Shown here in pieces: positions 19,316 through 28,602 of a DNA stretch of 60,190 bases; the stretch's first letter is position 1; every line of letters starts with the position of its first letter. The DNA is from an uncultured Bacilli bacterium. GTDB taxonomy: Bacteria > Bacillota_I > Bacilli_A > RF39 > UBA660. The translations under genes were made by a program, and so were the position numbers. The notes beneath the pieces were generated by a model. That model was not told the DNA's origin. It worked only from the letters and a program-made list of their open reading frames with translations, and made no database searches. The stretch lies in contig CALVVS010000002.1 in the NCBI GenBank assembly GCA_944363925.1, positions 1 through 60,190 of the forward strand, read 5' to 3'.

Positions 19316-20275
19316 TCACTTTAAAACTTTACCCACTAACTGTCCATGATAACCATTAATAAAATTTGAAGCTGACACTTTCTTTTTTCCTTCAAGCTGA
19401 ATTAAAGTAAATACCACTTCACCATTACCACACTTAACCCCAAAACCATCTGGATAAAGAGCCGTAATTTCACCTGGTAAAGCCCTATCATAAATATTGT
19501 CTGTCCTGTAGCACTCCCACACCTTCATAATCTTATCATCAAAAATGCAGTAAGCACCAGGCCATGAATTTAAACCTCTAACTTGATTGACAATCTTTTT
19601 CTTCGTTTTCTTAAAATCGATCTTTTCATCTTCCCGGCTTATATTAAAACCATATGTAACCTCTGACTCATCTTGCGCCACTCTTTTATTACTGCCATCT
19701 ATTATACTAGGTAAAGTATCTAATAGTAAATCACGACCTATAATAGAAAGCTTATCGTGCAGGCTAGATGCCGTCTCATCATCTGTTATCTCTACCTCTT
19801 TTTGGCTAATAATATCACCACTATCCATACTCTCAGCCATATACATAATAGTTACTCCAGTCTTTGTATAACCATCGATAATTGCATGATGAATAGGCGC
19901 CCCACCTCGCAGTTTTGGAAGTAATGAGGCATGAACATTAATACATCCAAGCTTTGGAATAAGTAAAAGCTCTAAAGGAAGTATCTGCCCATAAGCACAA
20001 GTAATAATTAAATCAGGTGAAAGTGAATTAATCTCTTGTAAAGCATCCTTAATTTTATTAGGTTGCAGACACAAAATATTATGTTTCAAAGCCACCTCTT
20101 TAACTGGTGAACACTTAACCTCTCCATGTCTACCGGCAGGCTTATCAGGCTGTGTAACTATTGCTCTAACCTTATATTTACTAATAAGACCTTCTAAAAC
20201 TGGCACACTAAATAAAGGAGTTCCCATAAAAATAATTGTTGGCGCTTTTTTAATCTCTATCTTATCAAAATCCAT
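19316..20275 (-). CDS. fmt: Methionyl-tRNA formyltransferase
   Basis: HASLLPKLRGGAPI formyltransferase motif. Confidence 0.92.
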   Translation of the reverse strand: MDFDKIEIKKAPTIIFMGTPLFSVPVLEGLISKYKVRAIVTQPDKPAGRHGEVKCSPVKEVALKHNILCLQPNKIKDALQEINSLSPDLIITCAYGQILPLELLLIPKLGCINVHASLLPKLRGGAPIHHAIIDGYTKTGVTIMYMAESMDSGDIISQKEVEITDDETASSLHDKLSIIGRDLLLDTLPSIIDGSNKRVAQDESEVTYGFNISREDEKIDFKKTKKKIVNQVRGLNSWPGAYCIFDDKIMKVWECYRTDNIYDRALPGEITALYPDGFGVKCGNGEVVFTLIQLEGKKKVSASNFINGYHGQLVGKVLK

Positions 20276-20352
20276 ATCATCACCTTAATTAATTTTATCA
20301 CATTTTAACCTGTTTAACTATATATTTAACAAAATTATTAATAACAATATCC

Positions 20353-22497
20353 CTATATTCTAAGTGGGTTCAAATCTATATCCACATTTATCTTATTCTT
20401 ATAATGACTGCGAATAAATTCCAAACACGTTAAAATTTCCTGAGTTTTTTTAAACTTAATAATAATCTGAACATAATATACATTGTTAATTTTAGGCATA
20501 CTGGATGAAGCCGGACCTAAAATAATACTCTTCAAATTGTTCTTTAAATAATCCGCAATCTTATTTGCCGAAGAAAATACTTCATTATAATCTTTACCAC
20601 TAACTTTAATCAAACATAAATTATAATAAGGCGGATACTTTAAAACCTTTCTTATCTTCATCTCCTCATTATAAAAACTCTCATAATCATTTTCCTTCGC
20701 ATAAACCATACTATAATGATTAATATTAAACCCTTGAATAATAACCTCACCAGCTAGTTTATCCCTTCCAGATCGTCCAGCCACTTGACTTAATAATTCA
20801 TAAGTGCGTTCACTACTCCTAAAATCTGGAATATTTAAAGTCGCATCTCCATTTACCACACAAACTAAAGTAACTAAAGGAAAATCAAGGCCTTTCGCAA
20901 TCATTTGGGTCCCAACTAAAACATTATACTTACCATTTTTAAAATCATCTATAATTCGCTCATGTGCACCTTTATTTCTAGTCGTATCCTGATCCATCCT
21001 AATCACTCTAGCACCCTCAAACTCTTCCTTAATTAATGCCTCCAAACGCTCAGTTCCCATACCTAAAGAATTAATATCCCGGCTGTGACAAATAGGACAC
21101 TCATGTAACTTAGGTGCTTTATAATCGCAATAATGACATTTCATAATATTATGGCTTTTGTGATAAGTAAGCGGAATATCACAGTTTGGACACTTATGAG
21201 TAAACCCGCACTCATGACATGTAATAACAGTCGAATATCCCCTTCTATTAAGTAAAACTAAAACTTGCTCACCCTTACTTAATCTATCACCCATTTTCTC
21301 TTTAAAAATTTCCGAAAAAACTCTATTTCCCTTTTTAAACTCTTCTTTCATATCTACTAAATAAACTTTAGGTAAACTCTTATTCACTCTGTTTTTCATA
21401 ACCAGTAACTCATAAACACCAGCTTTTACCCTTGTATAACTTTCAATACTTGGCGTCGCACTACCTAAAATAACCGGAATATTATAATTTTTTCCTCGTC
21501 TAAGCGCCACATCTATCGCATTATATCTAGGAATATTCTCTTGTTTATATGTCGCCGAATGCTCCTCATCGACAATAATAATACCCAAATTAGTAAACGG
21601 CGCAAAAATCGCACTTCTCGCACCTATTACTATTGAAACTTCCTTTCTTTCAATCTTCCGCCACTCATCATATTTTTCTCCATTACTAAGGCCACTATGT
21701 AAAATTGCCACTATCTTACCAAATCTCTTTTTAAAAATAGAAACCACTTGTGGAGTTAAACTAATCTCTGGAACAAGTAAAATAGCTTCCTTACCTTGCT
21801 TTAAAACTTCCTCAATCAGCTTAATATAAACAAGCGTTTTCCCACTACCTGTAACCCCATGTAATAAATAAGGTTTAAAACAATCAAGCCTCACACTATT
21901 CAAGACCTTTTCCTGTTCTAATGTTAAAACATAATCTCTCTTTTCTAAAATAGTATCATCATCTAAACGATATACTTCTTTTAAAGTTTCCTCCAAAAAG
22001 CCATTATTAATTAATGTCTTAACCGCCGATACAGAAATTTTATTTGCCTCACTTTTTAACACCAATCCATGTTTCTTAACATAATCGAAAACCAATCTCT
22101 GTTTTTCAGACTTAAAATTCCCATCCTTAATAACCCTCAAATGCTTAAGTATTTTTTTATTTATATTATTTTTTTCTCTAGCCTTCAAAGCTCTAGGTAA
22201 CATCGTCTGATAACACATCGTTAAAGGTGCTAATGTTTTTTTACTAATATACTTCCCAAGTTCCAACATTTCTTCATTTAAAACCGGTCTTTCATCAACC
22301 AACTTAATAATATCTTTTACTTCATAATCAAAACCATCATGCTCATATACTCTAATAATAAACCCCTCAATCACCCGCTTACCAAAAGGAATTAAAGCGC
22401 GCATACCAGCCATAGCTTCCATCCCATTAGGTATTCTATAAGTAAAAGTCTTATCAGTACTCTTAGATACAACCTCAACTAATATATCAGCAAACAT
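20353..22497 (-). CDS. priA: Primosomal protein N' (PriA helicase)
   Basis: GVTGSGKT, VDEEH, and Cys-rich zinc fingers (CHECGF..CPNCD, CHYC...CPIC). Confidence 0.93.
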   Translation of the reverse strand: MFADILVEVVSKSTDKTFTYRIPNGMEAMAGMRALIPFGKRVIEGFIIRVYEHDGFDYEVKDIIKLVDERPVLNEEMLELGKYISKKTLAPLTMCYQTMLPRALKAREKNNINKKILKHLRVIKDGNFKSEKQRLVFDYVKKHGLVLKSEANKISVSAVKTLINNGFLEETLKEVYRLDDDTILEKRDYVLTLEQEKVLNSVRLDCFKPYLLHGVTGSGKTLVYIKLIEEVLKQGKEAILLVPEISLTPQVVSIFKKRFGKIVAILHSGLSNGEKYDEWRKIERKEVSIVIGARSAIFAPFTNLGIIIVDEEHSATYKQENIPRYNAIDVALRRGKNYNIPVILGSATPSIESYTRVKAGVYELLVMKNRVNKSLPKVYLVDMKEEFKKGNRVFSEIFKEKMGDRLSKGEQVLVLLNRRGYSTVITCHECGFTHKCPNCDIPLTYHKSHNIMKCHYCDYKAPKLHECPICHSRDINSLGMGTERLEALIKEEFEGARVIRMDQDTTRNKGAHERIIDDFKNGKYNVLVGTQMIAKGLDFPLVTLVCVVNGDATLNIPDFRSSERTYELLSQVAGRSGRDKLAGEVIIQGFNINHYSMVYAKENDYESFYNEEMKIRKVLKYPPYYNLCLIKVSGKDYNEVFSSANKIADYLKNNLKSIILGPASSSMPKINNVYYVQIIIKFKKTQEILTCLEFIRSHYKNKINVDIDLNPLRI

Positions 22498-22615
22498 TAT
22501 ATCACCTCCATAACTTCTTATTCATTGTAATATAAATATTTATACCTTTCAAGCCTTATACAAAAATACAAAACTTTCATATAAAACAAAATACCAAAAT
22601 AATAAAATCTGAAAA

Positions 22616-23572
22616 TTAACTTTCTTCAGATTTTATTTTCTCAATTTCAGTTTCAGATAAACCTGTAAGTTTTGCAATTTCTGATACATCCATTTTAGAT
22701 TTAAGCATATTTTTAGCTATTTGCTTAATTCCTTGACTAATTCCTTGTTCAAGACCTTTTTCAATTCCTTGATTAAATCCTTGTTCAAGACCTTGTTCGA
22801 GACCTTCTTTAATAGCTTCATCTCGATCAGTATTCCTCATAAGTTCGTCCATCTCTTCCTTGTCATATAACCCAATAATTCTAGGGTTTTGATTTAAATC
22901 GTCAATTATTTTAACCATATTTTCTAAATCTTCATCTCCTTTAGCTAACTTCTTAATTTCCTTCTTATCAAGAAGTTGAAATATTACTAAAGCCTTTTCA
23001 ACCTTTGAAAGAGACTCCTTACCTAAATTATAATACTTTTTTAAAGGATTGGCCATATTTATATGAATTCTTCTAAAATTTTCTTCATCTATATATAAAC
23101 CATCGTCACTTTTCATAGAAAAATTTGTAAATAATTGATTACCAAATCTTTTAACAGTATTAAAATTAATCTGTAATACTTCACAGTCTTCTAACTTTCC
23201 TCCAGAATTATATTGCTCAGTAGCTATTTTATGGTGATATAGATTATTTTTTATTCTTTGACTCTTGTTTAAAGACCTATTAGCTTCAATATTTAAAGTT
23301 GTCCCACTTATTTCAGCTAAAATATCCGTAATCTTTTTTCTTTCATAGACATTGCTGACAGGAAGTTCCGTATTAATAAACTTCAAATTATCATAGACAA
23401 ACTTAGGAGAATAATTAGTAACTTCTCCAATAATTAAAGAAAGTAATCTTCGAAATCTTAAATCTTGAATAATTGCTTTAAAAACACAGTCAGCCATAGA
23501 AATCATATATTCTTCATCATTTGGCCTTTTAACAGGTTTATCAGTCTTTTCTAAAAGTGCATTCATTGCCAC
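22616..23572 (-). CDS. Rpn/YhgA-like PD-(D/E)XK recombination-promoting nuclease/putative transposase
   Basis: N-terminal DCVFKAI..., D-x-E core (TDILAEISGTTLNIEANRS). C-terminal GLEQGxxQG repeats followed by an HTH-like tail (IAKLTGLSETEIEKI), as is typical of this family. Confidence 0.65.
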   Translation of the reverse strand: MAMNALLEKTDKPVKRPNDEEYMISMADCVFKAIIQDLRFRRLLSLIIGEVTNYSPKFVYDNLKFINTELPVSNVYERKKITDILAEISGTTLNIEANRSLNKSQRIKNNLYHHKIATEQYNSGGKLEDCEVLQINFNTVKRFGNQLFTNFSMKSDDGLYIDEENFRRIHINMANPLKKYYNLGKESLSKVEKALVIFQLLDKKEIKKLAKGDEDLENMVKIIDDLNQNPRIIGLYDKEEMDELMRNTDRDEAIKEGLEQGLEQGFNQGIEKGLEQGISQGIKQIAKNMLKSKMDVSEIAKLTGLSETEIEKIKSEES

Positions 23573-23754
23573 ACTCCTTTCTAAGAGGTTACCCTCTATA
23601 TATAAACATACGTCGTAGAAATCATATTTCCTTTTTTATCAATGAAAAAAATCAAAAAACTTTTAATTTTCTGATTTTTAGCTTACAACATATGAACTAA
23701 GTTATCCACCATAATCTCTAGTAATTTTCAAACCATTTACTACTATAAACTTAT

Positions 23755-24756
23755 CTAAATGGCTTTATTTGTACAATAATTAGCCTTTTCCACATAATAT
23801 AAATTATTAAATTCTATCGATAACTGATGTGTTTTTAAAAATAAATTTTTCATCTTATCAGTTAAACCTAAAGTACTCGTAATTGAAAGGGCAAAAGGAT
23901 GCTCCGTAAAATTAAGTGATACATCATTGTAATATCCACCACCTTCAACATATTCACCGTACTTATGAGCCACCTCAATATCACCACTTTTAACATAATC
24001 TAAATTATCAGATACTTTCATGTCCTGAATTAACTTCTTCGCATTATCTTTACCAGTCAAATAATACTTATAAACCTCTTTAATATAACCATTACCTAAA
24101 GAAGGCGATAAATTGCCAAAATTATCTGAATAATGAATATCATAACCCAAATTAGCCCAATACTCTTTAACCACACTTCTTCCACCAAGCTCATCCAAAA
24201 GCATTGCATAACCAATATTATCACTGTACCTAATCGTATACTCCAAAATAGTCCGAAGCTTATACTTCGTACCAATACTGTCATTTTGAATAATTCCACT
24301 ACCACCAGTCTTATATTTAGCTAAATAAGTAAGTTCCTTATCCAAATCAAGCTTTCCATCATCAGCCAACTTATAAGCATACAAAACTGCCGGTAATTTA
24401 GTCACACTTGCCGCATAAAGTTCACTATCTTCACCCTTGCCAAAACTATAATCACTCTCTAAATCAGTATACATAAAATTCGCATTAACTCCATTATATA
24501 AACTAATAATCTCATCTCTCTTAGCCAAAAGCTCTTCACTAAAATTCTCTTCCTTTAAAATTCCTTCATCCATACATTTTTCATAAGCTTTTGTACTTTT
24601 CGAAATGTTTTCTAAAGCTAAATCAAACGTTTTTCCTATTTTGTTACTAAAATTTCCATCACCAGCTAAAGTCACATAACAAATAACTCCTATAATAATT
24701 AAAATAAACAAAAACACAAAAGATGATTTTCTAATTTTTCGCTTTTTTCTACTCAT
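23755..24756 (-). CDS. Membrane-anchored class A beta-lactamase-fold serine hydrolase
   Basis: SxxK motif AASVTKL, SDN motif (YSDNIGY), N-terminal TM anchor. Start moved to ATG 24756 (GGTGG RBS). Confidence 0.65.
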   Translation of the reverse strand: MSRKKRKIRKSSFVFLFILIIIGVICYVTLAGDGNFSNKIGKTFDLALENISKSTKAYEKCMDEGILKEENFSEELLAKRDEIISLYNGVNANFMYTDLESDYSFGKGEDSELYAASVTKLPAVLYAYKLADDGKLDLDKELTYLAKYKTGGSGIIQNDSIGTKYKLRTILEYTIRYSDNIGYAMLLDELGGRSVVKEYWANLGYDIHYSDNFGNLSPSLGNGYIKEVYKYYLTGKDNAKKLIQDMKVSDNLDYVKSGDIEVAHKYGEYVEGGGYYNDVSLNFTEHPFALSITSTLGLTDKMKNLFLKTHQLSIEFNNLYYVEKANYCTNKAI

Positions 24757-24812
24757 AAATACCACCATTATAATTATACAAAGAAAAACCAAAAATTTAA
24801 AGTATATTTATT

Positions 24813-26084
24813 TCAATTCTTCAAACATCCAATAGGAACAACATAAACCCCATCTTTACGTTTATAAGCATAATTACCTACACCTATTACTACCATCAAA
24901 AAAGAAGGCTTTTTCATTTTACTAGTATCCAATTTATTATTTAATTTTATCAAATTATTAACACCTTCTTCTATAAGTTTATCGCCACCAAGCTTAATTT
25001 CAATAAGCCCGTAAGAACCATTTCTTAAATGAATAACAGCATCACACTCAAGCGCAGAAGCATCCCTATAATGATATAAAGTACCATTAAGACTTTCAGC
25101 ATACACTCGCAAATCTCTAATACAAAGATTTTCAAATATAAAACCAAATGTATTTAAATCATTAATCAAATCAAGTGGACCTAACCCCAAAGCCGCAACT
25201 GCTATCGAAGGATCAACAAAATATCTAGTATCCGCAGTTCTTATAGCTGTTTTACTTCTTAAATTAGGATTCCAAGCTAACACCTCATCTATAACAAATA
25301 TCTTCTTTAAAGCATTAATATATGATAAAACCGTATCGGTATCTAAAGAAAATGAATCATTATTAACAATATCGTTTCTTAAAGTTAAAATAGAAGCTTG
25401 ACTTCCAATATTTCTAGCATAACTTCTCATCAAATGCTTAACTCTGTTAGCCTCTCTATTTACTCCATCAACTCTTGAAATATCAGAGTTAACCACCGCA
25501 TCATAATAATCAAATGCTTGTTCCAAAGCAATATCTTTTTCCAGCGAAATACTTCTAGGCCAACCACCTCTACAACACAAATAAGCAATATCCTCAAGCG
25601 ATAACTTATTAACTCCATTAATATCTTTACCTTCAAACAAATCTTGCAAACTCACTACTCCAGATGATTCTAATGACTCAAACAAAGTCATTGGACGCAT
25701 AAGCAAAAAAGAAAACCTACCAGTCCCAGTATGCGTTATCAAACTCTTATCAGTAGGTACTGATGAACCAGTCAAAATAAATTGTCCTTCTTCCTTTCTG
25801 TGGTCAACTTCAAATCTAACAGCATCCCAAATTTTAGGCGCAATTTGCCACTCATCTATAAGTCGTGGAACAGCTCCTTCAAGTAATAAACTAGGACTAA
25901 TATCAGCAAGCATCATATTTTGTTCTTTACTATCAGGATTAGCCATATAAAGTATACTCTTAGCTATTTGTTCAGCCGTTGTCGTTTTCCCACACCATTT
26001 AGGGCCCTCAATCAAAACAGCTCCCTTACCTTTTAATTTTCTAATAAGTAAATCATCAACTACCCTTTTTTTATAATTATCCAT
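24813..26084 (-). CDS. AAA ATPase with C-terminal DUF4143/PD-(D/E)XK-like domain (COG1373-type), paralog A
   Basis: Walker A GPKWCGKTTT, Walker B RLIDEW, C-terminal ECDAVIHL...GLIEIKLG (D..ExK-like). About 55% identity by eye to 32304-33569. Confidence 0.75.
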   Translation of the reverse strand: MDNYKKRVVDDLLIRKLKGKGAVLIEGPKWCGKTTTAEQIAKSILYMANPDSKEQNMMLADISPSLLLEGAVPRLIDEWQIAPKIWDAVRFEVDHRKEEGQFILTGSSVPTDKSLITHTGTGRFSFLLMRPMTLFESLESSGVVSLQDLFEGKDINGVNKLSLEDIAYLCCRGGWPRSISLEKDIALEQAFDYYDAVVNSDISRVDGVNREANRVKHLMRSYARNIGSQASILTLRNDIVNNDSFSLDTDTVLSYINALKKIFVIDEVLAWNPNLRSKTAIRTADTRYFVDPSIAVAALGLGPLDLINDLNTFGFIFENLCIRDLRVYAESLNGTLYHYRDASALECDAVIHLRNGSYGLIEIKLGGDKLIEEGVNNLIKLNNKLDTSKMKKPSFLMVVIGVGNYAYKRKDGVYVVPIGCLKN

Positions 26085-26138
26085 TTCATCATCACCTTTT
26101 CCTCATTTTACCATATCATAAATTATTTATCAATGAAT

Positions 26139-26199
26139 ATTCGGTAATTTGTAGATTTTTTATTCGGTAATTTGTAAGAAAATCATTCGGTAATTTGTA
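26139..26199. repeat. Three direct repeats ATTCGGTAATTTGTA at exact 23-bp spacing, upstream of ATPase paralog A
   Basis: Cores at 26139-26153, 26162-26176 and 26185-26199. They lie just upstream of a TTGATA-17nt-TAAAAT minus-strand promoter. Confidence 0.9.
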
Positions 26200-26204
26200 A
26201 ATTT

Positions 26205-27338
26205 TTAAAATTGGTTTTTTAAAGTTATTTTCATTAAATTATAGCAGTTGCCCCACTTTAAATGTCCTCTATAACTACTAATTATTCTTAAACCACTCTC
26301 TAAAGGAATTTTCTCTTCACGAATTAACTTCATTTTCCGTTTAAAATTTTTCTTTGTTAATTTTCGAACTTTCAGTATTACTTTATTATCTATAATACAG
26401 TATCTAAACCCTAAAAAATCAAGTCCTTCTTTACTAACATTAATAATCTTCGTTTTCCTATTCAAACAAAGACGATACTTTAATACCATCTTTTCTATTT
26501 CCTTTAGACAATTCTTTAAATATTCCTTGTCATTAGAAAGTATTACCCCATCATCCATATATCTTATATAATACTTAGATCCCAAATCTTCTTTAATAAA
26601 ATGGTCCAGTTCATTTAAGTAAAATACGGCTAATATCTGACTTGTCATATTTCCAATCGGTAAACCTCGACCTTTTTTATATAAAGGAATTTGCTCAATC
26701 TCTCTAATTTTAATATTCTTTTCTTTATCACTTATATTTAACCCTCGAATTCGCTCTATCTCCATATTCTTTAATTTTTCTATCGTCCTATTAACATACT
26801 CCCTATCAGTTGAATAAATAATTTTTTTAAGTATATCTAAAACCTTTTTATCTTTAATTTTTTTATTAAGTAAATCTAACAAAATCTCATGGTCTATATT
26901 ATAAAAATACTTACTAATATCATACTTAAGTGCATAAATCGTCTCACCTTTTAAATTATTCAAATATTTTTTTATAAGTTTAATTCCAAAATGCGTACCT
27001 TTATTTAACCTTGTCGCAATATTTGTCTCAATCAAACATCTATCCAATACCAGTAATAAAAACTTAGATGCCACCACATGATTAATTAACTTATCATAAA
27101 TATTTTGACTCATAATAATTCTATACTTGGGCTCTTGAATTAAAAATATATTGTACATCCCACCCGCATAATTCTCATTTTCAAAAGTCTTTTTAACCCG
27201 GCTAATATTTATAGAATAAAAATCTTCAAATCTTTTAATCTTATATTTATTTTTAGTATTAACTCTAATTTGTCTCCTATAAACCTTTATAATATCTTCC
27301 ATACTAACACTATCATATAGATTCCGTCTTCTTTTCAT
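26205..27338 (-). CDS. DGR-type reverse transcriptase
   Basis: RT motifs YDISKYFYNIDH, GLPIGNMTSQ (DGR hallmark I/LGxxxSQ), YIRYMDDGVIL (YxDD), LDFLGFRY. Adjacent to avd and the TR. Confidence 0.93.
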   Translation of the reverse strand: MKRRRNLYDSVSMEDIIKVYRRQIRVNTKNKYKIKRFEDFYSINISRVKKTFENENYAGGMYNIFLIQEPKYRIIMSQNIYDKLINHVVASKFLLLVLDRCLIETNIATRLNKGTHFGIKLIKKYLNNLKGETIYALKYDISKYFYNIDHEILLDLLNKKIKDKKVLDILKKIIYSTDREYVNRTIEKLKNMEIERIRGLNISDKEKNIKIREIEQIPLYKKGRGLPIGNMTSQILAVFYLNELDHFIKEDLGSKYYIRYMDDGVILSNDKEYLKNCLKEIEKMVLKYRLCLNRKTKIINVSKEGLDFLGFRYCIIDNKVILKVRKLTKKNFKRKMKLIREEKIPLESGLRIISSYRGHLKWGNCYNLMKITLKNQF

Positions 27339-27663
27339 TTCTCATCCATCCATAAATCTGTTTTAAAATATCTAGTAAATGTAAAGAGACCTTTTGATAT
27401 TTTTTATAAGAAATATACTTTTTATCAACTGCCGTCTTCAAATAAAAATCAATCATCCTAATATTAACAACTATTCTCGTCTGATAATATGCCCGCTTAT
27501 CCTTAAACTCACTAGCCATATATGTAAACTCTAAAATATCATACATCGTTTGACTAATTTTGTCCCTAAGAACTTTTTCTTTAGCCGGAAAATTAGTAAT
27601 AATCTTATCTAAATATAAAATTGTTTTTTTTATATTAATCACTACCCTAAAATTATCTACCAT
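27313..27663 (-). CDS. avd: Avd-like accessory variability determinant (four-helix-bundle protein)
   Basis: 116 aa, basic, helical. Its position directly upstream of the RT, overlapping it, is typical of DGR Avd. Confidence 0.75.
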   Translation of the reverse strand: MVDNFRVVINIKKTILYLDKIITNFPAKEKVLRDKISQTMYDILEFTYMASEFKDKRAYYQTRIVVNIRMIDFYLKTAVDKKYISYKKYQKVSLHLLDILKQIYGWMRNEKKTESI

Positions 27664-28067
27664 AAAATTTCCTCAACTTTATCCAATACATCCATAATTT
27701 TTGAATTATTTTTTAAAACTCTAAGCCTGTCATACACTTTATTAATTCTATCTTCCAAATTCAAATCATCTGGGACAAACTTATCATAATTGTTAAAATT
27801 AAACTTCTTACGTGTTATATCATCATCTTCAATAATTACATAATTTATTTTAAAACTCTTAAACTTTGAAATCACCTTATCATAACTGTTAATAGGAAAA
27901 CCAACTCTTTTTATACCATTAATATCTTTAATCTTATAACTAAATAAGTTATTTAAAACATATACATCCTCGCCATAACACTCATAGAAAATACCCACCT
28001 TTATTAAAACTACATATTTTGGATATTTATTTTTATATAAATTATATTTATCAATTATTTTTACCAT
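27657..28067 (-). CDS. Stand-alone MutS domain I (mismatch-binding domain)-like protein, DGR accessory ORF
   Basis: KYPKYVVLIKVGIFYECYGEDVYVLNNLF...IKRVGFPINSYDKVISKF..FKINYVIIE aligns by eye to E. coli MutS [22 protein letters not shown]...IPMAGIPYHAVENYLAKL...VAICEQ. The Phe-x-Glu mismatch-contact motif is included. 7-nt overlap with avd. Confidence 0.7.
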   Translation of the reverse strand: MVKIIDKYNLYKNKYPKYVVLIKVGIFYECYGEDVYVLNNLFSYKIKDINGIKRVGFPINSYDKVISKFKSFKINYVIIEDDDITRKKFNFNNYDKFVPDDLNLEDRINKVYDRLRVLKNNSKIMDVLDKVEEILW

Positions 28068-28084
28068 ACAACCTCCAACAAAAA

Positions 28085-28125
28085 AGCAGTATCAAACAAA
28101 GGGATAATCCCTAATTGGTACTGCT
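28085..28125 (-). terminator. Terminator-like hairpin between the TR region and the MutS-I-like ORF
   Basis: Minus strand reads AGCAGTA...TACTGCT followed by TTTTTT, immediately before the GGAGG RBS of 28067. Confidence 0.5.
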
Positions 28126-28244
28126 AAAAATATAGTTTTTCTCATATCATATCTCTTTCAAATATTATAGACCATTAACTAATCACTAGGACATATTTAA
28201 TAATCAATTTTACTAAAAATATCTCTGACTATATTTAATATTTA

Positions 28245-28279
28245 GTTAGGAAACAATTTGTCGATGTAGTTTTCCTAAC
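28245..28279 (-). other. 9-bp stem-loop downstream (minus strand) of the TR
   Basis: GTTAGGAAA / TTTCCTAAC arms with a 17-nt loop. Confidence 0.5.
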
Positions 28280-28361
28280 CTGGGACAATACTTATTCTCT
28301 AATCTTTTCATTATGACCATATTAGTTCATAACCCATAGTGTTCTAGAGAGTTCCAGACAG

Positions 28362-28465
28362 CCGGACGGACCGCATTGGTATTGTTCGCATTGTTGTTGT
28401 TGAAGTTGCCGTTGTTGTTGTTGACATTGAACACGTTGTTAGAGTTGCCGGAATTAGGCGACAAC
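28362..28465 (-). repeat. DGR template repeat (TR)
   Basis: 104-nt gapless match to 28677-28780. All 17 mismatches are at TR adenines (coding strand). The N-rich (AAC/AAT) reading frame means the tracked ORF 28327-28521 is the TR, not a gene. Confidence 0.93.
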
Positions 28466-28507
28466 CCAAACAAATCAATCATATTTAGTATTGCCCCATA
28501 ACTGTCA

Positions 28508-28575
28508 CCGAAAAATTTCATTTTTCGGCCTTTAGCGAGGCAGACGCCCCGCTACCAAACTCCTAACGGAGTTTG
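28508..28575 (-). other. Three consecutive stem-loops between the target stop codon and the TR (putative 5' part of the DGR RNA)
   Basis: Hairpins at 28508-28528 (CCGAAAAAT/ATTTTTCGG), 28535-28552 (closes with a G.U pair only on the minus-strand RNA) and 28556-28575 (8-bp stem CAAACTCC/GGAGTTTG, 4-nt loop). This is a GC-rich patch in an AT-rich genome. Confidence 0.5.
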
Positions 28576-28602
28576 CCAAAATGATATACCTTATTACACA
28601 AC

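Noticed and set aside
24096-24324. Short overlapping ORFs on both strands inside the serine hydrolase gene
   Set aside because: They are nested within a longer ORF that carries SxxK/SDN motifs, so they are frame artefacts.
26139-26199. The regularly spaced direct repeats here and at 33622-33684 could be mistaken for mini-CRISPR arrays
   Set aside because: There are only three 15-17-bp units with 6-8-bp spacers, no cas genes, and each set sits in a promoter region. I interpret them as protein-binding sites.
28327-28521. Tracked 64-aa ORF with a striking Asn-rich sequence (NNVFNVNNNNGNFNNNNANNTN)
   Set aside because: It is the DGR template repeat read in the target gene frame (AAC/AAT codons), not a protein-coding gene. 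Its ATG lies inside a hairpin and there is no RBS.
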